Shown piece by piece: positions 58,556 to 64,000 of a stretch of 64,000 nucleotides of DNA. The DNA comes from an uncultured Verrucomicrobiota bacterium. GTDB taxonomy: Bacteria > Verrucomicrobiota > Verrucomicrobiia > Palsa-1439 > CAZOTB01. Positions within the stretch are counted from its first letter, which is position 1; each line of letters starts with the position of its first letter. Location of the stretch: contig CAZOTB010000002.1 of NCBI GenBank assembly GCA_964582645.1, positions 12,777 to 76,776 of the forward strand, given 5' to 3'. The translations under genes and the position numbers were made by a program. The notes below the pieces were generated by a model that saw nothing but the letters and a program-made list of their open reading frames with translations, did not search any database and was not told the origin of the DNA.

Positions 58556-60022
58556 CTACTCTCTCACCGTCACATTGTTCTTCGGCAGCAACGTTCCCTC
58601 GGAGCGCCACAACTCGGCCAGCGACTGGTTGTAATCCGCGATGGCGCGCATCTCCCTCGAGCGCGCCTCGCGCAAGTCGCGCTGGTGCTGGAGCACGGTG
58701 TAACTGGTGCTCGTGCCGGCCTCGAGTTTCTTCCGCTCGGCGTTCAACGTCTCCTCCGCCAATCGTCGCGAGATGCCCGTGGCTTCGACGCGCTTGAGGT
58801 TGGTCTGCACTTGCGCTGCGGCATTGTCCACCTGGAGAATGATCGTCTGCTCGATGCGCTTGAGTTGGAGGATCGCCTGTTCGAGCCGCAACTTGGCGGC
58901 GCGATAGGCGCCGCGTGCGGACGCGTTGCCGAGCGGAAACTCCACCACCACGCCGACAAACCATTGCGGGAACTCGGACGAGGTGAACGCGGTGTCGAGC
59001 GCGTCTCCGCGTGTGCCGCTCAGCCCCGACTGGCCGTATGTGCCGGTGACGTCCAACTGGGGAAAGAGCTGGTTGTGGTCAAACCGAAGCTGGATGCGGT
59101 TCTTCTCGATCACCTGTTTCTGCTGCAGATACTCGGGCCGGTTCTGGATGCCGCGCGCGACGCTTTCGTCCACGTTGACCGTGACGGGCTCGACGCTCGG
59201 AGTGTCCACGGGAATGATCCGCGTTTGGCGTTGCGAGGCGACGTCGGAACTGATCAGCCGCAGCAACAGCAAGGTCTGCGTCTTGATCGTCTGTTTGGCT
59301 TCGATGACGGCGACCTCCTGCGCGGCGACGCCGGACTCGGCCTGGGTGACGTCAATCGGCGACATCATTCCGACTTCGAGGCGCTTCTGGTTCTCGGCGA
59401 GCAAAGCGCGGGTCAGTTCGAGCGTATCCTCCTGTACTTTGAGGTCCTCGATGGCGAACACCAGATCGTAGTAGGCCTTGTACACTTCGTTGATCGTATC
59501 GGCCACCTTGGTCACAAACCCTTCGTAGGCGATGTTCTTGTTCTTGCGGGCGATGTGGAGGTTGGCGAGGTTGACGCCGAGCCCAAAATTCTTCAGCAGC
59601 GGCTGCGTCAACCCGACCGTCCAGACACTGCGGTGTTGATTCTCGAATTTGGGCGAGGTTTCCTGGAGCGTTCCGTTGTAGGAGAAATCATACTCGGTAC
59701 CCGTGGGCAGTTTTCCCGTCAGACTCGGTGTGAAGATGCTGTTGCGGGTTTCGTTGGCGGCACTGTTGGTTTGCACAACGAACAACGGCGTCTGGACTTC
59801 GGTCCAGTTGGCGTTGAGTTGCAGGCTCGGATCGAAATCGCCGTACGTGCCCAGGATGTTGGCGTCCTCGATTTTGGGATTCACGCGCTCGATGGCCACG
59901 TCGAGGTTGTTGGCGAGTGCGCGCTCGATGCATTCACGAAGAGTCAGTGAGATCGCTTCCTCCTGCGCTGCGTGCGCGATCTGAGTCAAGGCCACCATCA
60001 GTGCAACAAACCACCGTTTCAT
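58556..60022 (-). CDS. TolC-family outer-membrane efflux protein
   Basis: Signal peptide plus two TolC repeats (…LSLTLRECIERALANNLDV…). 488 aa. Confidence 0.85.
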   Translation of the reverse strand: MKRWFVALMVALTQIAHAAQEEAISLTLRECIERALANNLDVAIERVNPKIEDANILGTYGDFDPSLQLNANWTEVQTPLFVVQTNSAANETRNSIFTPSLTGKLPTGTEYDFSYNGTLQETSPKFENQHRSVWTVGLTQPLLKNFGLGVNLANLHIARKNKNIAYEGFVTKVADTINEVYKAYYDLVFAIEDLKVQEDTLELTRALLAENQKRLEVGMMSPIDVTQAESGVAAQEVAVIEAKQTIKTQTLLLLRLISSDVASQRQTRIIPVDTPSVEPVTVNVDESVARGIQNRPEYLQQKQVIEKNRIQLRFDHNQLFPQLDVTGTYGQSGLSGTRGDALDTAFTSSEFPQWFVGVVVEFPLGNASARGAYRAAKLRLEQAILQLKRIEQTIILQVDNAAAQVQTNLKRVEATGISRRLAEETLNAERKKLEAGTSTSYTVLQHQRDLREARSREMRAIADYNQSLAELWRSEGTLLPKNNVTVRE

Positions 60023-60084
60023 AATCGCCGAAGATGGACAGCGGGGATGGGAAAGTCAACGGCGGGCTTCCGATGACTGGTTTG

Positions 60085-60165
60085 CAGTCGAGCGCTACAA
60101 CGCGGGCGTGGGGGAAAGGGCATTGCACTTGAAGCCCGCGCTGAATCGCTCGACTACACGCTGCC
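60085..60165. repeat. palindromic repeat element, copy B (diverged copy of 18860-18940)
   Basis: agtcgagcgctacaacgcgg ... cttgaagcccgcgctgaatcgctcgactaca. Arms are imperfect. Lies downstream of ybaK. Confidence 0.5.
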
Positions 60166-60633
60166 CTCCTCCTTCACATCCACCACGTGCAACTTCAGAA
60201 CGCGCGACAGTTCCGCAGCCGCCACCGACACCAGTGCGTTTGACCCACCGGCGCCAAACCAGACTCGCTCTTGTTGCAGCACCAGCGGATCGCAGTAGAT
60301 CGGGACCGATTCGTCCTCGAAAAACGGGTTCACTCCGCCCACCGCAAAGCCGGTCCATGCTTCGATCTGCTCCGGCCGGGCCGTGGGCAGTTTCTTGCAG
60401 CCGGTGAGTGCTTTGAGCTTTTTCATCGAGACCCGGTTCGGCCCCGGGCAGAGAACCAGGATTGGTTTGTCGTCCGCGACGAAGCAGAGCGTCTTGATGA
60501 CCTGTGCCACGGGGATGCCGAGTTGCGCGGCGGACTCACCGGCAGTGTGAGTCGAGTGATCGAACCGCCGCAACTCAAACTGCACGCCGTGCGATTCCAG
60601 GAACGCCCTGACAGATTCCATGTCGCGTTTCAT
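60154..60633 (-). CDS. ybaK: Cys-tRNA(Pro)/Cys-tRNA(Cys) deacylase YbaK-family protein
   Basis: ATG at complement 60631-60633 (MKRDMESVRAFLESHGV...). YbaK/ProX deacylase pattern (…KTLCFVADDKPILVLCPG…). The track ORF is over-extended. Confidence 0.75.
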   Translation of the reverse strand: MKRDMESVRAFLESHGVQFELRRFDHSTHTAGESAAQLGIPVAQVIKTLCFVADDKPILVLCPGPNRVSMKKLKALTGCKKLPTARPEQIEAWTGFAVGGVNPFFEDESVPIYCDPLVLQQERVWFGAGGSNALVSVAAAELSRVLKLHVVDVKEEGSV

Positions 60634-60657
60634 GGTCAACTCAGTTCCGAAGATGCC

Positions 60658-60780
60658 AGGGCGCGAATGCCCCCGTCGTACGCCGTTTCGCGACGGGGGT
60701 TTCGCGCCGTGCCGGCAGGGCGAGGGGCCGCGGCGCGAAACCTCCGCCCCAAACAGCAGGGGCGGAGGCATTCGCGCCCT
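60658..60780. other. nested multi-hairpin element (candidate structured RNA or composite palindromic repeat)
   Basis: The outer 14-bp inverted repeat agggcgcgaatgcc / ggcattcgcgccct encloses three inner hairpins: cccccgtcg/cgacggggg, ggtttcgcgccg/cggcgcgaaacc and cctccgcccc/ggggcggagg. All were read directly from the sequence. Confidence 0.4.
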
Positions 60781-60910
60781 GCAGCAGCGACGACAACCAT
60801 TTCACGTTCGTCAAAGGTCATTGAATGCGCTGGCCGCCTTGTAGCAGCCGGGGGGTCGGGTCGGAAGTTTTTTAGTGCAAATCCGAGCGCGATTGTTACG
60901 ATGCGCCCAC

Positions 60911-61228
60911 ATGTTACCCGCAACCGACTACTCTACATTGCATCGGGTACTGGTGCTCATCGGCGCCGTCGCGGTGCTCGCGAGCGTCATCGGCAACCTC
61001 GCCTACGCGCGCCGCAACGTCACCTTAAACATCGAACTCGTCGCCGCCGCGAACAAGCTCCAGGAAGTCAACGCCACCCAGCAACAGGTCAACGCCATCG
61101 CCCAGGATCTGATCAGCTTCGCGCCGCGTTTCCCGTGGCTGGTTCCGTATCTCCAGAAATACGGATTGGTCCATGTGCAGCAGGGACCGTCCTCCGCGCC
61201 GGGCGCGGCCTCGAAGGGAGTACCATGA
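60911..61228 (+). CDS. hypothetical small membrane protein
   Basis: ATG at 60911 (MLPATDYSTLHRVLVLIGAVAVLASVIG: one TM helix). The stop overlaps the next start (ATGA). Confidence 0.45.
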   Translation: MLPATDYSTLHRVLVLIGAVAVLASVIGNLAYARRNVTLNIELVAAANKLQEVNATQQQVNAIAQDLISFAPRFPWLVPYLQKYGLVHVQQGPSSAPGAASKGVP

Positions 61229-61584
61229 GCGAACCCGATACCACGGAACACGAGTACGGCACCGAGCCGACCGCAGCCGAGGTGGACCCGATCCTGGAAT
61301 TGCGGCTGATCCTGTACGGCTTGGGATTGCTCGTGTTGCTCATGAGCCTGTCGCTGAACCTCTACATCCGAAAACAGAACCGGAACATCGAGACTCAAGT
61401 CAACCAGCTGCGTGCTCAGATTCAGCAGATCGAGGGAAGCCCATTGTACCAACAGAACAAGAACGGCATGCAGAACCTCCTCGAGGAGTTGAAGAAAGAA
61501 GCCAAGGATCGCGCGGAGGCAGCGGAGTTGCTCAAGCGGTACGGCATCGAAGTGCAGAGCCGGCCGCCACTGCCGGACCGATAA
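61225..61584 (+). CDS. hypothetical small membrane protein with coiled-coil
   Basis: ATG at 61225 with a GAAGGGAG Shine-Dalgarno. TM helix LRLILYGLGLLVLLMSLSL followed by a coiled-coil. The 437-aa track ORF 60271..61584 is rejected. Confidence 0.5.
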   Translation: MSEPDTTEHEYGTEPTAAEVDPILELRLILYGLGLLVLLMSLSLNLYIRKQNRNIETQVNQLRAQIQQIEGSPLYQQNKNGMQNLLEELKKEAKDRAEAAELLKRYGIEVQSRPPLPDR

Positions 61585-61602
61585 CGCGTTCCAGAGGAAT
61601 CC

Positions 61603-62637
61603 ATGGCGACAAACGGAAAAGTGACCCGGGTGGGCATCGTCGGGTTCGGTTGGGCGGCCGGGGCGCATGTGCATGCGTTCAACAGCCTGCCCAATGCAAA
61701 GGTGGTGGCCGTATGCTCACGCCGCGCACTGGATCGCAAGCAATTGGAGGCGCAGTTCCACGTCCCGCTCAAGATGTACGATGACTACGCAGCGATGCTG
61801 CGAGACCCCGAGATTGACGTCATTGACATCACCACCGAGCCGTCGTTGCACGCGTCGCAAGCGATCGCGGCCGCCGAGGCGAAGAAGCACGTCCTGATCG
61901 AGAAACCGCTTGCGTTGAGCTGGAAGGATTGCCTCGCCATCCAGCGAGCCGTGAAGAAGAACAAAGTGCGCGCCGCGGTTTGTTTCGAGGTGCGGTTCAG
62001 CCAGCAGTTCACCCTGCTTCGGTCCGTCGTGGATCGCGGATTGGTGGGCGATATTCACTACGCCGAGGTGGATTACTATCACGGCATCGGCCCGTGGTAT
62101 GGACAGTATCCTTGGAACATCACCCGCACGAACGGCGGCAGCAGCCTGCTCTCGGCGGGATGTCACGCGCTCGACGCGTTACTGATGCTCGTGGACGGCA
62201 AGGTCACCGAAGTGCACAGTCTCTCGACGCAGTCGAAGAACAAGGTGTTCGCCGCATACGAGTATCCGACCACGAGCGTGACGCTGTTGAAGTTCGACTC
62301 CGGCGCCGTCGCGAAGGTGGCGTCGGTCATTGACTGTCTTCAACCGTACTATTTCCACGTCCATCTCGTCGGCAGCGAAGGCAGCCTCCTCGACAACCGT
62401 CTCTACACCGACAAGCTGAAAGGATTGAAGAAGCAATGGGCGACGTTGCCGACCGCGCTGATTGATTCTGGAGACGTGAACGATCATCCCTACGCCGCGC
62501 AGTTTCAGGAATTCGTCAACGCGATCCAGCAGAACCGTCCGATGGCCTTGACCGACCTCGACATCGCGCTCGAGAGTTTCCGCGTCCTCTTCGCCGCGGA
62601 CGAATCGGCAAGGACGGGCAAACCTGTTTGGACCTGA
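61603..62637 (+). CDS. Gfo/Idh/MocA-family NAD(P)-dependent oxidoreductase
   Basis: N-terminal Rossmann VGIVGFGWAAGAHVHAF and the EKP motif. AGAGGA Shine-Dalgarno. Confidence 0.85.
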   Translation: MATNGKVTRVGIVGFGWAAGAHVHAFNSLPNAKVVAVCSRRALDRKQLEAQFHVPLKMYDDYAAMLRDPEIDVIDITTEPSLHASQAIAAAEAKKHVLIEKPLALSWKDCLAIQRAVKKNKVRAAVCFEVRFSQQFTLLRSVVDRGLVGDIHYAEVDYYHGIGPWYGQYPWNITRTNGGSSLLSAGCHALDALLMLVDGKVTEVHSLSTQSKNKVFAAYEYPTTSVTLLKFDSGAVAKVASVIDCLQPYYFHVHLVGSEGSLLDNRLYTDKLKGLKKQWATLPTALIDSGDVNDHPYAAQFQEFVNAIQQNRPMALTDLDIALESFRVLFAADESARTGKPVWT

Positions 62638-62719
62638 GACCGTGAACCGCGTCCACAGGCATCTCGCGCGTCTCAGACGCCTGTCTGCGTGGATGCTTCG
62701 GTTCTGATTGGAACGAGGC

Positions 62720-64000
62720 ATGGAAACTCCATCGGCCGAAACGCCTACCGCTAGGGAAGGCTTCCTGCACATTCTGGCGAGCAAGTATTACGCTTTGGAC
62801 TCTCATTCCCGCGTGCTGATACTTGTTCTCCTGCTCTTGCAGTTCCCGCTCCTCCACTTGGTGCTCAATCGCACGTTTCTCGAGTTTGACCTGGATCGTA
62901 CCACATACGAACACATGCACTTGATCGAACGCGTGAGGACGGGCCAGCCCGTATATGCTCCGGTCAGTCCCGAACATGTCTCGATCACCTACACGCCGAT
63001 GTACTGGTGGATTTCCGGGTTCGTGTGCAAGGTCGCCGGCTCGTCGCTCATTTGGCCACGGCTGGTCAGTTTGGCGAGTGCTGGAGTTTTTGCAGTTCTT
63101 ATTGCCGCCTTTGTCTGGAGGGGTACGAAGGGGGATCTTCTTCTGTCTCTCGCGGCGCCCTGCTTCGTGCTTTCGACAAACCTAACCGGGCCGTGGCTTA
63201 ACGCGGTGAATCTGAACGCGCTCCACTTCGCGTTTGGGATTGCCGGATTTTTCTGTCTCTCCCTTCGCTTAACACCTGCCACGGTGGTTGGCGCAGCGAT
63301 CCTTTTTTGTCTCTCAACCCTGACAAAGCAGACCGGCCTTGCATATCTGCTCGCCGCAGCGTTGTTTGTGTTCGTCAGTTCATGGAGATTGGGACTGCTG
63401 TATGCCGGCGTGAGTCTGGCGACGTTGGGTGGATTATGCCTCTGGCTTGACGCCTCGACAAGTGGTGAATTCTATCGCCAAGTGGTTAGCGGAGCCAAGG
63501 GGCCACCGTGGTTGGTCAATCGCTTGTGGAGCGAGGTCGTCTCGGGGGAGTTATTTGGCCAGTACGGATTGATGCTCGCATCGGCGTTCGTTCCCCTGCT
63601 GTTGGTTCATCGCCGAGGCCTTTGGCGGATTCTGATTTCGCCCCAGTATGTCTTGTGCGGAGCAGGGATCGCCGTGGCGTGTGTGGCTCAGCCGAAACTT
63701 GGCAGCGGCTCGAACCACGTCTTCATGGCGTTTGCAGGATTGGCAATTTGCGGATGCATAGGTCTAGCGTGGCTTTCACGGAACGTCCCTGGGTTGCTCG
63801 GTAAACGACTCAAGCTGCTGTTCGTAGCCATCCAGTTGACGGTCGTGATGATTCCCGGCCTCCGGGATTATACGGCCTATTTGGCAGACGATTTGGATCG
63901 GCGCAAGTATGAGACAATCGCAGAGATTTTTCGGGCGGGGAAAACCTGCATGTACGGCGGGTTCGTTTACTTGCCTGTGGTCTTCGGCCAACCTCCTTCG
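62720..64000 (+). CDS. polytopic membrane protein, GT-C glycosyltransferase-like (ArnT/PMT family-like), 3' end outside window
   Basis: ATG at 62720 with a GAGG upstream. The frame is open for 427 codons to the window end (verified codon by codon, no stop). It is not in the ORF track because there is no stop. Multiple TM helices. …TYTPMYWWISGFVCKVAGSS… resembles the eKPPLyyWl..s.klfG motif of ArnT/PMT-type GT-C enzymes. Confidence 0.55.
   Translation, partial: METPSAETPTAREGFLHILASKYYALDSHSRVLILVLLLLQFPLLHLVLNRTFLEFDLDRTTYEHMHLIERVRTGQPVYAPVSPEHVSITYTPMYWWISGFVCKVAGSSLIWPRLVSLASAGVFAVLIAAFVWRGTKGDLLLSLAAPCFVLSTNLTGPWLNAVNLNALHFAFGIAGFFCLSLRLTPATVVGAAILFCLSTLTKQTGLAYLLAAALFVFVSSWRLGLLYAGVSLATLGGLCLWLDASTSGEFYRQVVSGAKGPPWLVNRLWSEVVSGELFGQYGLMLASAFVPLLLVHRRGLWRILISPQYVLCGAGIAVACVAQPKLGSGSNHVFMAFAGLAICGCIGLAWLSRNVPGLLGKRLKLLFVAIQLTVVMIPGLRDYTAYLADDLDRRKYETIAEIFRAGKTCMYGGFVYLPVVFGQPPS

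Noticed and set aside
58154-59950. 598-aa plus-strand ORF
   Set aside because: Antisense to the TolC-family gene.
60271-61584. 437-aa plus-strand ORF
   Set aside because: Runs through the ybaK antisense region and the structured element. Only its last approx. 120 codons (61225-61584), and a separate ORF at 60911-61228 in another frame, look like genuine small genes.

Overview
A high-GC (about 60-65%) bacterial chromosomal segment with roughly 60 protein-coding genes and no rRNA, tRNA or CRISPR that I can support. Gene content points to the Planctomycetota-Verrucomicrobiota lineage (inference): a DUF1559 H-X9-DG prepilin, a DUF1501/DUF1800 pair, a PEP-CTERM protein and a DUF2934 protein. Recognisable housekeeping genes include purB, trxB, rplU, panC, nadB, galK, uxuA, hldE-kinase/gmhB and ybaK. 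The most striking feature is a same-strand cluster at 10.7-16.8 kb. It joins a GspE/PilB-type ATPase and a stand-alone TPR+GspE_N (MshEN-like) protein to an MglA/MglB Ras-like GTPase polarity switch. Directly upstream of mglA sits a 692-aa proline-rich protein with a ComEA-type HhH and a C-terminal Roadblock/LC7 domain, an architecture I do not recognise as described. Other notable points follow. A 4.5 kb accessory patch (33.9-38.3 kb) holds vapBC, a perfect 21-bp inverted-repeat element, a degenerate ComEC-like MBL remnant, a roughly 35% GC foreign prepilin gene with a 57-aa leader, and a frameshifted ORF. A DUF1501 protein sits beside a 1609-aa DUF1800 protein decorated with dockerin, Calx-beta, two PA14 and CHRD domains. 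A gene-decay zone (56.3-58.5 kb) contains an AraC gene with an in-frame TGA in its HTH and remnants of radical-SAM and AMP-binding genes. Two small palindromic repeat families and a nested multi-hairpin element lie upstream of ybaK. There are several 7-8 nt tandem repeats inside coding regions. The ORF track counts GTG/TTG as M and omits the two ORFs that run off the window ends (1..240 and 62720..64000).
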